Position numbers and translations under genes: made by a program. Of a DNA stretch of 64,000 nucleotides, positions 48,826 through 60,143 are shown in pieces. The stretch is from positions 2,692 through 66,691 of the forward strand of contig JACOMS010000005.1 in the NCBI GenBank assembly GCA_014324115.1, read 5' to 3'. Source of the stretch: Hyphomonadaceae bacterium (GTDB lineage: Bacteria; Pseudomonadota; Alphaproteobacteria; Caulobacterales; Maricaulaceae). Each line of letters starts with the position of its first letter. The first letter of the stretch is position 1. Below the pieces are notes generated by a model, which was not told the origin of the DNA, did no database searches, and saw only the letters and a list, made by a program, of their open reading frames with translations.

Positions 48826-49827
48826 CTAAAAATGTTTGTAACCTGCTGGTTCTGCGTAGAAACTTTTATTATTTGGATCAAGCAATGTGACGTCATTTCC
48901 CGTCATACATTGTCCGATACATGCCACGTGCACACCCAAGTTTTTGTATTCTCTGGCAATATCCTCCTTGTGGTCGGGAGATGCTGTGAAAACAATCTCG
49001 TAGTCATCTCCGGCTGTGACGAGTTCAACAATAGCTTTTTGTGAATCACCTTGCCCTGAAAGCCACTTTTGGGTAGGGGCTGACAACGGCACATCCGCCG
49101 TGTAGATTTTACATCCCAATTTACTCGCCGTCGTGATATGTCCGATATCGGCGAGTAGGCCGTCGGATACATCAATTGAGGCTGATGCGTATTTCCGGAG
49201 GAGTTTGCGTATCAACAGTCGCGGCTGGGGTCGCAAATAAGCCTCTTCCCACAGCCAGAGCGCTTCACCGTCAGGTACGGGCGTGATGTCATGTCCTGTC
49301 ACATATTTCAGCCCCAGACAGGCATCCCCGATACTCCCTGTCACCCATATGTCATCACCAGCTTGAGCCTCCGCCCTTTTCACCATTTGACCTTCGGGTA
49401 CCACGCCAATCAGCGTAGCCGTGACCACCATCGGCCCGGACGTGCTGACCGTGTCGCCACCATAAAGCCTGAAATCATAAGCCTTTTGGACGTCGCGCAA
49501 ACCGCTCGCAAATCCCTGCATAAGTTCCGCACTAACATTTTTTGGCCATGCTATTGACAGGAGATAACCGACGGGTCTTCCGGTCTTGGCGGCCAGATCG
49601 GACAAGTTTACACGTAGAAGTCTTTCCGCGGTATCGCCGCCGTAATGCCCGTTTGGAAAGTGGACGCCTTCAACCATAGTGTCTGTAGCGAGGATCAGGT
49701 CCAGGCCGGGCAGCGGAGTCATCACCGCCGCATCATCCTGCAGTTTCAGCCCTTCCGGCCCGGCAAGAGGGGCCAGGCATGTTTTTATGAACTCAAACTC
49801 ATCCACGAACTCAAGAGAAAGTTTCAA
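48826..49827 (-). CDS. thiL: thiamine-monophosphate kinase
   Basis: 333 aa with DDAAV, ILATDTMVEGVHF and an AIR-synthase-like fold. It overlaps nusB by 4 nt. Confidence 0.92.
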   Translation of the reverse strand: MKLSLEFVDEFEFIKTCLAPLAGPEGLKLQDDAAVMTPLPGLDLILATDTMVEGVHFPNGHYGGDTAERLLRVNLSDLAAKTGRPVGYLLSIAWPKNVSAELMQGFASGLRDVQKAYDFRLYGGDTVSTSGPMVVTATLIGVVPEGQMVKRAEAQAGDDIWVTGSIGDACLGLKYVTGHDITPVPDGEALWLWEEAYLRPQPRLLIRKLLRKYASASIDVSDGLLADIGHITTASKLGCKIYTADVPLSAPTQKWLSGQGDSQKAIVELVTAGDDYEIVFTASPDHKEDIAREYKNLGVHVACIGQCMTGNDVTLLDPNNKSFYAEPAGYKHF

Positions 49828-50297
49828 GCAGCACCCGTCAAACCAAACTCGGCGGTGCGGACTTTCCTGGCCACTTTTTCGAGCGTTGCGTTGACAAACG
49901 CTGCCTGTTTTTCGTCAAAAAATCTGACGGCCAAAGTCACATACTCATCAAGTATGACGAGCGCCGGGACGTCTGGACGGGCGATAGTCTCGTAAACGGC
50001 GGAACGCATCAAAGCCCGCAAGGTCAGATCAAGGCGATCGAACGACCATTTTTCGCTGAGATGATCAGATATGGTTTCATCGATATGGCTCTGCTCGCGT
50101 ACGACGCCGAGCACAACATCTTCAAAAAAGGCTTCGTCCGCGACCACCACGTCGCCCTCTTCCTTGAAGCCGAAGCGGTAATCGGTAAATTCACGGATGA
50201 CGGTTTTCGACCCCGCGCCACCGACATCCATCTGGTAGAGTGCCTGAACTGCGGCCAGTCTGGCAGTACGGCGTTTTCGGGCGTGCGGGTTATCCAT
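49824..50297 (-). CDS. nusB: transcription antitermination factor NusB
   Basis: 157 aa starting [16 protein letters not shown]…; the position after ribH is conserved. Confidence 0.92.
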   Translation of the reverse strand: MDNPHARKRRTARLAAVQALYQMDVGGAGSKTVIREFTDYRFGFKEEGDVVVADEAFFEDVVLGVVREQSHIDETISDHLSEKWSFDRLDLTLRALMRSAVYETIARPDVPALVILDEYVTLAVRFFDEKQAAFVNATLEKVARKVRTAEFGLTGAA

Positions 50298-50733
50298 GAC
50301 GATAAGAGGAGAGCTGTTCGCGGATTTTCATCATTTTCAAGACAGTGTCGGCTGCAAAACCGCCCTTGTCTTTCTCGTCCTTACGCGCTCGCGCCCAAGC
50401 TTGCGACTCATTTTCGACTGTGATGATGCCATTTCCGATCGCGAGGTGTTCTTGTACGCCCAGGTCCATCAGGCCGCGAGCTGATTCCTGGCAGACATAA
50501 TCATAGTGGGTCGTTTCACCCCGGATGATACAACCCAGAGCGACATAACCGTCAAAACCTGCATCTGCGTGGACGGCATATGAAATCACATGCGGAATTT
50601 CGAGAGCGCCGGGGACTGTGACAACGGTGTATTCACAATCAGCTTTTTCGAGAACCTCCTTCGCCCCCTCCAGCAGCGCACCGGAAATATCATCATAGAA
50701 ACGGGCTTCAACGATCAGGACACGTTTGCTCAT
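50290..50733 (-). CDS. ribH: 6,7-dimethyl-8-ribityllumazine synthase
   Basis: 147 aa reading …[12 protein letters not shown]…VPGALEIP…. Confidence 0.92.
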   Translation of the reverse strand: MSKRVLIVEARFYDDISGALLEGAKEVLEKADCEYTVVTVPGALEIPHVISYAVHADAGFDGYVALGCIIRGETTHYDYVCQESARGLMDLGVQEHLAIGNGIITVENESQAWARARKDEKDKGGFAADTVLKMMKIREQLSSYRHG

Positions 50734-51878
50734 GACTGCCTCCTGCTGATAAGCGGTGTAATGCCGACAAGTTCGAGATTATAGGCTTCCAACCCGATGA
50801 GCCTTGGCATTGTGTTGGTAATTAAACGCATCTTATCAACACCTTGGTCAACAAGAATTTGCGCTCCCACACCATATTCGCGGATAAGTTGTTCCTTGTT
50901 ATCAATTTGGCTTTTACGAGCGCCAAGACGCTCAAGAAGCGTATCAATGCTGCCCTCACGGATGAGAACCAACACCGAATGCCCGTCATGGGCGGCGAGC
51001 TGTTTCATGGCGTCCCAGATGAGACCGGCGCGAGGGCTGGCTTCATACAGGACGTCACCGGCAAAATCAACTTTGTGAACACGCACAAGGCTCTCTCCAC
51101 CCTTCGCCGGTTCACCCTTTGATAAAGCCACATGTTCCAGCCCATCAAGATAGTTTCGGTAGACATGGATTTTAAATTTGTCGCCGCTCTGGGATGTAAA
51201 CTCACTGGACGCCACGTGCCTGACAAAATGGTCCCGCTTCATTCGGTGAGCGACCAGATCCTCAATAGTACAAATCCTGAGACCGTGAAACTGCGCAAAA
51301 TTTACCAAATCCGGCAGACGCGCCATTGTGCCGTCATCGTTCATGATCTCACAAATGACAGCCGAAGGGTTAAGGCCCGCCATACGCGAGATATCGACAG
51401 AAGCCTCGGTATGGCCCGTGCGCACCAGGACGCCGCCGTCCCTGGCGATAACTGGAAACATGTGACCGGGTGATACGATATCATCGGTACGCGTGTCAGG
51501 ATCAATCGCGACCTGGATTGTGTGAGAGCGATCTCCGGCGCTGATTCCCGTCGTAACACCTTCGCGGGCTTCAATGGATTGGGTAAAGGCGGTTTCATAC
51601 CGGGACTTGTTCTCGGCTGACATGTTACGAAGGCCGAGTACATCGGCTTTGGCCTGTTCAATGGCCAAGCAAATCAGACCACGGCCGTGTTTTGCCATAA
51701 AATTAATGGCATCCGGTGTGGCAAATTGCGCAGGAATGACAAGATCGCCCTCATTCTCGCGGTCTTCGGCGTCCACAAGTATGTACATCCGACCGTTCCG
51801 GGCATCGTTGATGATCTCTTCCGGTGTCGCCAAATGACAGACATCCCCGAATGTCGCCTCGTTGAGTTTAACCGGCAT
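50730..51878 (-). CDS. ribBA: bifunctional 3,4-dihydroxy-2-butanone-4-phosphate synthase / GTP cyclohydrolase II
   Basis: 382 aa with an N-terminal DHBP synthase region ([21 protein letters not shown]) and a C-terminal GCHII-like half. Confidence 0.9.
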   Translation of the reverse strand: MPVKLNEATFGDVCHLATPEEIINDARNGRMYILVDAEDRENEGDLVIPAQFATPDAINFMAKHGRGLICLAIEQAKADVLGLRNMSAENKSRYETAFTQSIEAREGVTTGISAGDRSHTIQVAIDPDTRTDDIVSPGHMFPVIARDGGVLVRTGHTEASVDISRMAGLNPSAVICEIMNDDGTMARLPDLVNFAQFHGLRICTIEDLVAHRMKRDHFVRHVASSEFTSQSGDKFKIHVYRNYLDGLEHVALSKGEPAKGGESLVRVHKVDFAGDVLYEASPRAGLIWDAMKQLAAHDGHSVLVLIREGSIDTLLERLGARKSQIDNKEQLIREYGVGAQILVDQGVDKMRLITNTMPRLIGLEAYNLELVGITPLISRRQS

Positions 51879-52506
51879 GACGACCTTTTATATTCTCCAA
51901 GTACCGCGCCACATAACGCGCGATGAGGTCGATTTCCAGATTTACCTTGTCACGCTGCTGTAATGAGCCGAGTGTCGTAGCGTCCGCAGTATACGGGATA
52001 ATGTTTACGGTGAAACTGTTACCAAAAACCTCATTGACCGTTAGCGATACGCCGTCAATCGTGATGGATCCCTTGGATGCAATCCCGAACATGAGCTTTG
52101 TCGGGGCTGCAAAGGTCAGTTTAAGAGACCCCGCAGCCTCTTCACGAAAGACAAGCGTTCCCACGCCATCCACATGCCCGGTCACCAAATGACCACCGAG
52201 TTCATCTTTTCCTGTTAACGCTCTTTCCAGATTGATTTTTTCGCCTATCGCCCAGTCACCCATGGTCGTTTTCGATAAACTCTCATCAGACACGTCAACC
52301 CCGAACCATTGACCTTTTTCATCACTGTTTTTTTCAACTATAGTCATACATGCACCGGAGTGAGAAACCGATGTCCCGATGTCCAAATTCGAAAAATCAT
52401 AACCGGAGTAGACTTCCACGCGGGTGTCACCCGACTCTCTACCTGTTTGGCGGCGGATATCGCGGATGGTGCCGATATCTGTGATGATGCCTGTGAACAC
52501 GCTCAA
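51868..52506 (-). CDS. ribE: riboflavin synthase (alpha chain)
   Basis: 212 aa starting MFTGII…; the two lumazine-binding repeats are present (GDSVSHSGACMT-like and GSITIDGVSLTV). Confidence 0.92.
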   Translation of the reverse strand: MSVFTGIITDIGTIRDIRRQTGRESGDTRVEVYSGYDFSNLDIGTSVSHSGACMTIVEKNSDEKGQWFGVDVSDESLSKTTMGDWAIGEKINLERALTGKDELGGHLVTGHVDGVGTLVFREEAAGSLKLTFAAPTKLMFGIASKGSITIDGVSLTVNEVFGNSFTVNIIPYTADATTLGSLQQRDKVNLEIDLIARYVARYLENIKGRHAG

Positions 52507-53159
52507 ATTATCCGTTCATAAACTTCATGCACGTCCCTGCCCAGCCCCTCAACGCTGACTCGATTGAAAGTGTGCGCCATGTCAAGATCTTCAATCCCTA
52601 AATTGCCTATTCCGCTGCGCCCATCCCCGCCCAGAATAATGGGGGCGCGAAACCACTCAATCCGGTCTATGACGCCAAGGCGCAGGAAACCCGCCGTTAA
52701 TTGCCCGCCACCCTCAAGCAGTAACGTTTTAATATGCCGACGAAACAGCATATCAAGCGCAGCTTCAATACTTAGGCCATTGTCATGGAAAACCGGCAGG
52801 AGTGTCACACCGCGGGATTTCAAAGTATCCGCTTTTTTACTTTCATGGTTACAACAAAAAATCCAGAGCGGTGTCGCTTCGGCTGTCTGGACGAGATTTG
52901 ACTCCGGCAAAAGGCGTAACCGCGAGTCAAAAATCACTCGCACCGGGTCGGACAAACCGTGTATGCGCGCAGTCAGCTGCGGGTTGTCGATAATCGCCGT
53001 GTTTGCTCCCACGCATATCGCATCGTGTGATCCGCGCAAACGACGACCGGCCTCCCTGGCGGCCCGACCGGTAATCCATTCCGAATCGCCGTTGGCAAGC
53101 GCAATTTTTCCGTCAAGCGAGGTTGCAAGCTTCAGAGTGACTTTGGGACGCGAAAGCAA
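52503..53159 (-). CDS. ribD: 5-amino-6-(5-phosphoribosylamino)uracil reductase (RibD C-terminal domain only)
   Basis: 218 aa reading RPKVTLKLATSLDGKIA…, which is the reductase domain only. There is no CMP/dCMP-deaminase zinc motif. The ORF opens with a TTG on the base after the nrdR TAG. Confidence 0.8.
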   Translation of the reverse strand: MLSRPKVTLKLATSLDGKIALANGDSEWITGRAAREAGRRLRGSHDAICVGANTAIIDNPQLTARIHGLSDPVRVIFDSRLRLLPESNLVQTAEATPLWIFCCNHESKKADTLKSRGVTLLPVFHDNGLSIEAALDMLFRRHIKTLLLEGGGQLTAGFLRLGVIDRIEWFRAPIILGGDGRSGIGNLGIEDLDMAHTFNRVSVEGLGRDVHEVYERII

Positions 53160-53636
53160 CTATTTGTCTTTACTGTCTGGTGACCGGCCAAGTTTTTCCT
53201 CAACAATAAACTCGTCAAAATCTTCCGTGGATTTAAAGTCCCGGTAAACGGACGCATAGCGGACATAGGCCACACTATCCATGGCCGCGAGGCCCTGCAT
53301 AACCAGCTCGCCTATCTGCTGAGAGGTCACATCGGAATTCCCGCTGCTTTCAAGTTGTCGTATAATACCGCTGACCATTTGCTCCAACCTGTCAGGATTG
53401 ATATTGCGCTTTTGCAAGGCGATCTGAATCGAGCGGGTTAGTTTGTCCCGCTCAAACGGCATACGTTTTCCTGTGCGCTTTATGACCGTGAGTTCGCGTA
53501 GTTGAACGCGCTCAAATGTCGTAAATCGCCCGGCGCAGCTGTTGCAAAGCCGACGACGACGCACAGCCGCGCCATCTTCGGCTTGGCGGCTGTCTTTAAC
53601 CAGTGTGTCTTCGCTATTACAAAACGGGCAACGCAT
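53160..53636 (-). CDS. nrdR: transcriptional repressor NrdR
   Basis: 158 aa with a zinc ribbon ([10 protein letters not shown]…CNSC) and an ATP-cone. Confidence 0.95.
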   Translation of the reverse strand: MRCPFCNSEDTLVKDSRQAEDGAAVRRRRLCNSCAGRFTTFERVQLRELTVIKRTGKRMPFERDKLTRSIQIALQKRNINPDRLEQMVSGIIRQLESSGNSDVTSQQIGELVMQGLAAMDSVAYVRYASVYRDFKSTEDFDEFIVEEKLGRSPDSKDK

Positions 53637-53660
53637 AGGCGTTTTATAGGAGTGTCGTCC

Positions 53661-54956
53661 CTATGCGTAAATCGGGAAGCGCCGGGTCAGCGAAATGACG
53701 CGTCCTTTCACGCTGGCTTCGATATCCGGGTTGCCTTGGGGATTTTCAGCCAGAGCATCCAGAACTTCCGCCATCATCAGGCCGACGTCCCGGAATTCTG
53801 CCGTACCGAAGCCTCGTGTTGTACCTGCCGGGGATCCAACGCGGATACCGGACGTAACAGTGAATTTCTCGGGATCGCCGGGAATGCCGTTTTTGTTGCA
53901 GGTGATATAGGCCCGGCCCAGAGCTTTTTCGGCAGCATTACCCTTTACACCCTTGGGTGAGAGGTCGATAAGAGCCAGATGTGTGTCTGTCCCGCCGGAT
54001 ACTACTGCATAACCGGATTCAACCAAGGCATGGGTCATGGCACGACAATTATCAATCACGGCTCGGACATAAGACCGGAATTCCGGTTTGAGAGCCTCAC
54101 CGAAAGCGACTGCTTTGCCCGCAATAACGTGCATGAGGGGTCCGCCTTGTAAACCCGGAAAGATGGCCCAATTAAGCTTTCTGGCGAGTGTCTCGTCATT
54201 GGTCAGAATCATACCGCCGCGGGGCCCGCGCAGAGTTTTGTGTGTTGTGGTTGTTATGACGTGAGCATGCGGGAACGGGCTGGGATGAGCTTTCCCGGCA
54301 ACCAGACCCGCAAAATGCGCCATATCACAATGCAGATACGCCCCCACATTATCCGCGATCTCGCGGAAGCGCTTGAAATCCATGACTCGTGAGTATGCCG
54401 AGCCCCCGCAGATTATCAGTTTGGGTTTGTGTTCCCCGGCCAGCCGTTCAACCTGATCATAATCAATAAAATGGGTTTGCGGATCGACACCGTAAGTCAC
54501 AGCATTGAACCATCTGCCGGATATATTGGGGGAGGCCCCATGTGTCAGGTGACCACCGGAGGCCAGATCCATGCCCATAATCGTATCGCCAGGCTGAAGC
54601 AGCGCGAGAAATACGCCCTGATTCGCCTGCGACCCGGAACTTGGCTGCACATTGGCAAACCCGCATTCGAATAATCGACACGCCCGGTCTATGGCCAACT
54701 GTTCAACCACATCCACATATCGGCATCCGCCATAATAGCGCCTGCCCGGATAACCCTCGGCATATTTATTCGTCAGAACTGAACCTTGAGCCTCCAGTAC
54801 GGCTTGCGACACGATATTTTCAGACGCAATCAGCTCAATTTCCTGCTGTTGGCGCTTGAGTTCATTCTGTATGGGCTCCCAGATACCTGGATCATGCTCT
54901 GCGAGAGGCCGGGAGATATACTCGCTGGATTGAGGTTCGGGTTTCGTCACAGCCAT
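53661..54956 (-). CDS. glyA: serine hydroxymethyltransferase
   Basis: The PLP site [14 protein letters not shown] is present. The start is set at MAVTKPE (54956); the track ORF extends to 55010. Confidence 0.94.
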   Translation of the reverse strand: MAVTKPEPQSSEYISRPLAEHDPGIWEPIQNELKRQQQEIELIASENIVSQAVLEAQGSVLTNKYAEGYPGRRYYGGCRYVDVVEQLAIDRACRLFECGFANVQPSSGSQANQGVFLALLQPGDTIMGMDLASGGHLTHGASPNISGRWFNAVTYGVDPQTHFIDYDQVERLAGEHKPKLIICGGSAYSRVMDFKRFREIADNVGAYLHCDMAHFAGLVAGKAHPSPFPHAHVITTTTHKTLRGPRGGMILTNDETLARKLNWAIFPGLQGGPLMHVIAGKAVAFGEALKPEFRSYVRAVIDNCRAMTHALVESGYAVVSGGTDTHLALIDLSPKGVKGNAAEKALGRAYITCNKNGIPGDPEKFTVTSGIRVGSPAGTTRGFGTAEFRDVGLMMAEVLDALAENPQGNPDIEASVKGRVISLTRRFPIYA

Positions 54957-55020
54957 GAGGGTCCCCCCGTTCAGAATTTCTGTGTTATGGATTTTTTGTT
55001 GGAGCGTCAAGCCACAGACC

Positions 55021-56247
55021 CTAAATCACGTTATGACATCTGGGTTCGAATTCCGCCCAGACAACATTCAGGGCCGCCATTAATTCGTCCATCATGGCGT
55101 CTGTGTGGAACGGACTGGGCGTAAAGCGCAGACGTTCTGTGCCTCGGGGAACAGTCGGGAAGTTAATAGGCTGAACGTAAAGGCTGAAATCCTCGATGAG
55201 GCGATCAGACATGGTTTTACACTCGACCGGATCCCCGATAATGAGCGGCACAATATGCGTCTCACCGTCAATGAAGGGATAACCGGCGGTACGAAACCGC
55301 GCTTTCAGCGCGGCGGTGCGTTCCTGATGCCGCCGCCGGATTTCCGGACTGATTTTCAGAATTTTCACACTTCGCAAGGCTCCCGCCGCCGTGCTGGGCG
55401 GGATTGACGTCGTGAAAATAAAGCCCGATGCCATGGAACGTACAGCATCAATAATAACCGCGTCAGCCGCTACATATCCACCGATCATGCCGTAAGCCTT
55501 GGCGAGGGTTCCCTGAATGACACTTATGCGATCCATAAGACCGCGCGCTTCGCAGACACCACCTCCGCGCGGACCATACATGCCAACGGCGTGAACTTCA
55601 TCAATATACGTCAGGGCATTATACTTTTCGGCGAGATCACAAATACCTTCAACAGGAGCGATGTCTGCATCCATGGAATAGACACTTTCAAAGACAATCA
55701 ACTTGGGGACAGCCAATGGTATGGCTTGAAGTTTAGCTTCCAGGTCTTTCAAATTATTATGCTTGAAAATATGCTTCTCACACCGGGCATTGCGTATACC
55801 AGCAATCATGGAGGCGTGATTCATCTCGTCCGAAAAGATGACAAGTCCGGGTAGAATTTTGCTCATCACGCTAAGGGTTGCCTCATTGGCTACATAGCCG
55901 GACGTAAAAACCAGTGCGGCATTCTTGTGGTGAAGACCAGCGAGCTCCCGCTCTAGCTGCACATGGTAATGGGTCGTACCGGAAATGTTGCGCGTGCCGC
56001 CGGAGCCTGTGCCTGTCGCATCAACGGCGGACTTGACGGCTTCTATAACACATTCATTCTGACCCATGCCAAGATAGTCATTGGAACACCAGACTGTAAC
56101 CTCACGCTCGGAAATATCATCCGGATACCAAGTCGCCTTGGGGAATTGTCCGCGCTTGCGGCGAATATCCTGGAACACGCGGTAACGCCCTTCTTCGCGG
56201 ACGTTTCCGACTGCTTTTTCAAAATAGGATTTGAACTTCTCTGTCAT
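55021..56247 (-). CDS. hemA: 5-aminolevulinate synthase
   Basis: 408 aa with an ALAS-type N-terminus (…[18 protein letters not shown]…[14 protein letters not shown]) in the alpha-oxoamine synthase fold. Confidence 0.92.
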   Translation of the reverse strand: MTEKFKSYFEKAVGNVREEGRYRVFQDIRRKRGQFPKATWYPDDISEREVTVWCSNDYLGMGQNECVIEAVKSAVDATGTGSGGTRNISGTTHYHVQLERELAGLHHKNAALVFTSGYVANEATLSVMSKILPGLVIFSDEMNHASMIAGIRNARCEKHIFKHNNLKDLEAKLQAIPLAVPKLIVFESVYSMDADIAPVEGICDLAEKYNALTYIDEVHAVGMYGPRGGGVCEARGLMDRISVIQGTLAKAYGMIGGYVAADAVIIDAVRSMASGFIFTTSIPPSTAAGALRSVKILKISPEIRRRHQERTAALKARFRTAGYPFIDGETHIVPLIIGDPVECKTMSDRLIEDFSLYVQPINFPTVPRGTERLRFTPSPFHTDAMMDELMAALNVVWAEFEPRCHNVI

Positions 56248-56361
56248 TGCACACCCTCAGGTATCGTGTAGCAAAGGATTTGCAGGATTGCCATGTCTTA
56301 AATGATGCAATGCGGTCTCTGTCAATTTGTGTATAATATCCCGTAAAAACGGAGATTTTGC

Positions 56362-57354
56362 GTGTTCAATTACCCCCGGTCAAGACTGCGCCGTAACCGC
56401 CAGTTCCCATGGCAAAGGCGGCTGGTGCGCGAATCACATTCAGGCGTCGATGATTTAATCTGGACGATTGTGATTTCAGATGATGGCAGGCCACGATATC
56501 CAGTACCCGGCATGCCGGATATATACAGGCTCAGCGTTTCGGAACTCATCGGTGAAGCCCGCAGAGCCGTTGATCTCGGTATTCCTGCTATTGCTCTCTT
56601 CCCGCATATCAAGCCCGAATTCAAGGACGCGCAGGCATCGGAAGCATTCAATCCGGAAGGTCTTGTTCCCGAAGCGGTGCGGGCTGTAAAGTCTGCTGTA
56701 CCGGGACTGGGGGTGATTGTGGATGTCGCACTCGACCCTTACACCGATCATGGTCATGACGGCTTGATGGACGGGGGTAAAATTCTGAATGATCCGACAG
56801 TGGAAGCCCTGGCGCAAGGAGCGCTGATGCTGGCCGGGGCGGGCGCTGATATTGTCGCCCCGTCGGACATGATGGATGGTCGTGTCGGCACCATCCGTGA
56901 GGTGTTGGACGCCAATGGCTACGAAAACGTCTCCATATTGTCATATGCAGCCAAATACGCGTCCGCTTTTTACGACCCTTACCGCGACGCAATTGGTACG
57001 GCTACGGTCCTTGAGGGTGACAAACGTACCTATCAAATGGATCCGGCGAACTCGGATGAGGCTCTGCGGGAGGTTGAACTGGACCTGCGCGAGGGAGCTG
57101 ACATGATAATGGTCAAGCCGGGAATGCCGTATTTAGACATTGTCCGCCGCATAAAAGATGAATTCGCCGTACCGACTTTCGCCTTCCAGGTCAGCGGTGA
57201 ATACGCGATGCTCATGGCCGCCTCACAAAACGGCTGGCTGGATGAAAAACGTATCGTGATGGAAAGTTTGCTATCCTTCAAACGTGCCGGATGTGACGGG
57301 GTTCTGACGTATTTTGCTCCACGGGTAGCGGAGTGGTTAGGTGAGCCTTCTTAA
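56362..57354 (+). CDS. hemB: porphobilinogen synthase
   Basis: 330 aa with a GTG start after a GGAGA SD. It has a typical N-terminus (RLRRNR…LVRE…DLIW) and is divergent from hemA. Confidence 0.92.
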   Translation: MFNYPRSRLRRNRQFPWQRRLVRESHSGVDDLIWTIVISDDGRPRYPVPGMPDIYRLSVSELIGEARRAVDLGIPAIALFPHIKPEFKDAQASEAFNPEGLVPEAVRAVKSAVPGLGVIVDVALDPYTDHGHDGLMDGGKILNDPTVEALAQGALMLAGAGADIVAPSDMMDGRVGTIREVLDANGYENVSILSYAAKYASAFYDPYRDAIGTATVLEGDKRTYQMDPANSDEALREVELDLREGADMIMVKPGMPYLDIVRRIKDEFAVPTFAFQVSGEYAMLMAASQNGWLDEKRIVMESLLSFKRAGCDGVLTYFAPRVAEWLGEPS

Positions 57355-58191
57355 CAAACTTGACGTGTCCCAACGGTTTCCACCCATATTCTGCACATCG
57401 GCATAGTATCCATCCACAAGCCTGACCAGATCCAGTCGCGCCCCGATATCCTCGGCGGCACGAATGGCCATCCCCAGATCCTTGCGCATCCAGTCAACAG
57501 CGAAGCCGAAATCATATTCGTCACGCCCCATAGTGGCAGCGCGATTATCCATTTGCCAGCTTTGCGCGGCTCCCTTGCCTATAGCCTGGACAACCTCACC
57601 TACATCCAATCCGGCTTTCCGGGCGAAATGCAGCCCCTCTGCGAGGCCTTGTAAAATACCGGCAATGCAAATCTGGTTGACCATTTTTGTTAGCTGTCCG
57701 GCCCCGGACGGCCCCATGTGTCTGGTTGTTTTGGCATAGACCTGCATGATCCGGTCGGCCCTGTTGAAGTCGCTCTTATCCCCGCCGCACATTATTGTCA
57801 GCTGTCCGCTGATCGCCCCGGTCTCACCACCGGAAACAGGTGCATCCACAAAACCCAAGCCCTTACCGGACGCATTCTCATAACATGTCCGGGCGCATTC
57901 GGATGAGGCGGTTGTGTGATCAACGACAATCGCGCCTGATGTCGCAGCCATGATAACTTCGTCCATCACTGCATAAACATCCTTGTCCTCGCCAACGCAA
58001 AGAAAAATGAAATCTGCATCCTTGACAGCGTGGGGAATGGTCTTGCCGACATGTCCGCCATGGGCCGTGATCCACTGCCGCGATTTGGCCTGTGTCCGGT
58101 TCCAGACCGCTACCTCATGTCCGGCTTTCACCAAGTGTCCAGCCATGGGATATCCCATCACACCCAACCCCAGAAATGCACATCTTGCCAC
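57337..58191 (-). CDS. NAD(P)-dependent beta-hydroxyacid dehydrogenase (3-hydroxyisobutyrate dehydrogenase family)
   Basis: 284 aa with the Rossmann motif AFLGLGVMGYPMAGHL. Its 3' end overlaps the hemB 3' end by 18 nt (convergent genes). Confidence 0.85.
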   Translation of the reverse strand: MARCAFLGLGVMGYPMAGHLVKAGHEVAVWNRTQAKSRQWITAHGGHVGKTIPHAVKDADFIFLCVGEDKDVYAVMDEVIMAATSGAIVVDHTTASSECARTCYENASGKGLGFVDAPVSGGETGAISGQLTIMCGGDKSDFNRADRIMQVYAKTTRHMGPSGAGQLTKMVNQICIAGILQGLAEGLHFARKAGLDVGEVVQAIGKGAAQSWQMDNRAATMGRDEYDFGFAVDWMRKDLGMAIRAAEDIGARLDLVRLVDGYYADVQNMGGNRWDTSSLLRRLT

Positions 58192-58283
58192 CTATTTATC
58201 CATGCAAACTCTTATGAGTCCTCATGAAAACGCTATGATTCCAGATAACTGCATGGTAGCGATGAAGTCGAGAGGGAATAAAC

Positions 58284-60119
58284 TTGACAACAGATATTAC
58301 GATCACATGGCAGATGTGGACCACGATAGGCTTTGTCGCCGTGGCTGTCTTTTTGTACTTTCGTGAGCGTTTTTCCATTGAGAGCATCTCGGTCGGTATC
58401 ATTGTCGCATTATTGATTTTTTTTCACTTTTTCAAGCCGTCAGGAGCAACGGGGCTTGATAGCGCCAGCCTTCTATCCGGTTTTGCTGCGCCGGCTCTTG
58501 TGGCCATTATGGCCTTATTGGTTGTTGGTCAGGGACTCTACCACACAGGTGCCCTTGAGGAACCCATCCTCTACATCAATGCGCAACTGGACAAACGGCC
58601 CCGGCGCATCCTTTTCATGGTGTTTCTCATTGCATTTGGCACCTCCATGTTCATGAATAATACACCTGTTGTCGTCATGTTTATCCCTATACTCACAGCG
58701 ATGGCTTCGCGGATGGGATCGAACGCTTCCATTTACATGATGCCGCTCAGTTTTATATGTATCCTTGCCGGCATGACAACATTAATCGGTTCGTCAACCA
58801 ATCTGCTGGTCAATGATATTTATATTCGCACAAACGGAGAGAGTCTTGGTTTTTTCTCCCAGATTGGTCCCGGCCTTGTGCTCGCCGCTGTCGGGGCATT
58901 CTATATTGTCCTCTTCTCGCCGCGGTTACTCCCCCGCCGTCAAAGCCTCGAAACCGAAATTAGCGAAGCCGGCCGCCAATACATTGCGCAGATCCGGATA
59001 ACCGAGAAACATCCTCTGAAGGGAGCCAAACCGAAGGCCGGGCTGTATCCGAGGCTAAAGGACGTAACCGTTCGTATGATCCAGCGCGGGGATCACGGAT
59101 TTCTTCCACCTTTCGAAGAAACACTGCAACTCGGCGACATTCTCATTGTTGCAGCAACCCGCAAGTCATTGTCGGGGCTTCTGTCATCTGATCAAACATA
59201 TCTCGAAGGCATGCTCAACATTGCCGGTTTCCATGATGAGAGCAAAGCCAATACATCTACCGATACCATTGTTATTAGCGAAGCCGTCATTGCACCCGGT
59301 TCGCGGATGATTGGGCGCAATATTGAACAGGCCGGCCTCCGGCGTCAGACAGGTTGTCTTGTACTCGGTATTCAGCGACGTACACGGATGATCCGAAAGC
59401 GCATGCTGGATATCCGTCTGGAGGCCGGAGATGTGCTTTTGCTGTTCGGATATGATTCGGACATGCAGGCTCTGCGTAATGATCGTGATCTCCTGTTACT
59501 GGACTGGTCTAAAGCCGAGGTGCCGGACATACGCAAGTCCATGGCCGCAAGATTAATTTTTTTGGGAACAATTCTTACAGCGGCTACAGGGGTATTGCCC
59601 ATAGAAATCGCTGCTCTTGCCGGTGCCATGAGCATGATTGTCGCCGGATGTCTCAACATACGCCAAGCCGTTCGTGCCTTGGATATGCGAATTTTTTTGC
59701 TCATCGGAGCTGCATTCTCCATGGGTTTAGCCTTGGAAAATACCGGAGGCGCCGCCTATCTGGCTCATAGCACGGTCGAGGTCTTCCAGCCTTTCGGGCC
59801 GCAATTTCTCATCGCTGCGCTGTTTCTCATGATAGCTTTAATGACGAATCTTATCTCCAACAGTGCGACTGCCCTGCTGTTCTCACCTATCGCGCTGTCC
59901 ATTGCCGAGCAGACAGGTATTGATCCCGTAGTCCTTGTCCTGACAGTCATTTTTGCATCCAACTGTTCATTTGCAACGCCTATTGCCTATCAGACCAATC
60001 TGCTGGTCATGGGGCCCGGCCGGTACAAGTTTAAGGATTTCACCAAATTCGGTGTGCCTCTGGTACTTGTGATCTGGATAGTTTACTCGCTTATGCTGCC
60101 CTTCTTCTTTAAATTATGA
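58284..60119 (+). CDS. SLC13/DASS-family permease with two central TrkA-C (RCK_C) domains
   Basis: 611 aa. Polytopic halves flank two soluble repeats (…ITEKHPLKGAKP…GDILIV…, …VIAPGSRMIGRNI…GDVLLLFG…). The start is uncertain: TTG at 58284 or ATG at 58314. Confidence 0.82.
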   Translation: MTTDITITWQMWTTIGFVAVAVFLYFRERFSIESISVGIIVALLIFFHFFKPSGATGLDSASLLSGFAAPALVAIMALLVVGQGLYHTGALEEPILYINAQLDKRPRRILFMVFLIAFGTSMFMNNTPVVVMFIPILTAMASRMGSNASIYMMPLSFICILAGMTTLIGSSTNLLVNDIYIRTNGESLGFFSQIGPGLVLAAVGAFYIVLFSPRLLPRRQSLETEISEAGRQYIAQIRITEKHPLKGAKPKAGLYPRLKDVTVRMIQRGDHGFLPPFEETLQLGDILIVAATRKSLSGLLSSDQTYLEGMLNIAGFHDESKANTSTDTIVISEAVIAPGSRMIGRNIEQAGLRRQTGCLVLGIQRRTRMIRKRMLDIRLEAGDVLLLFGYDSDMQALRNDRDLLLLDWSKAEVPDIRKSMAARLIFLGTILTAATGVLPIEIAALAGAMSMIVAGCLNIRQAVRALDMRIFLLIGAAFSMGLALENTGGAAYLAHSTVEVFQPFGPQFLIAALFLMIALMTNLISNSATALLFSPIALSIAEQTGIDPVVLVLTVIFASNCSFATPIAYQTNLLVMGPGRYKFKDFTKFGVPLVLVIWIVYSLMLPFFFKL

Positions 60120-60143
60120 CGATAGACGGCTACAGGTAAATTC

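Noticed and set aside
50733-53159. FMN riboswitch or other leader in the rib cluster
   Set aside because: The genes overlap or abut throughout (ribD through ribH), leaving no leader space, and no FMN-element-like sequence is seen upstream of ribD because nrdR abuts it.
56291-56345. FNR or Fur-type box in the hemA-hemB divergent region (TTGCA…TGCAA)
   Set aside because: The half-sites and spacing do not fit the TTGAT-N4-ATCAA consensus. Only a plausible -10 hexamer is noted.
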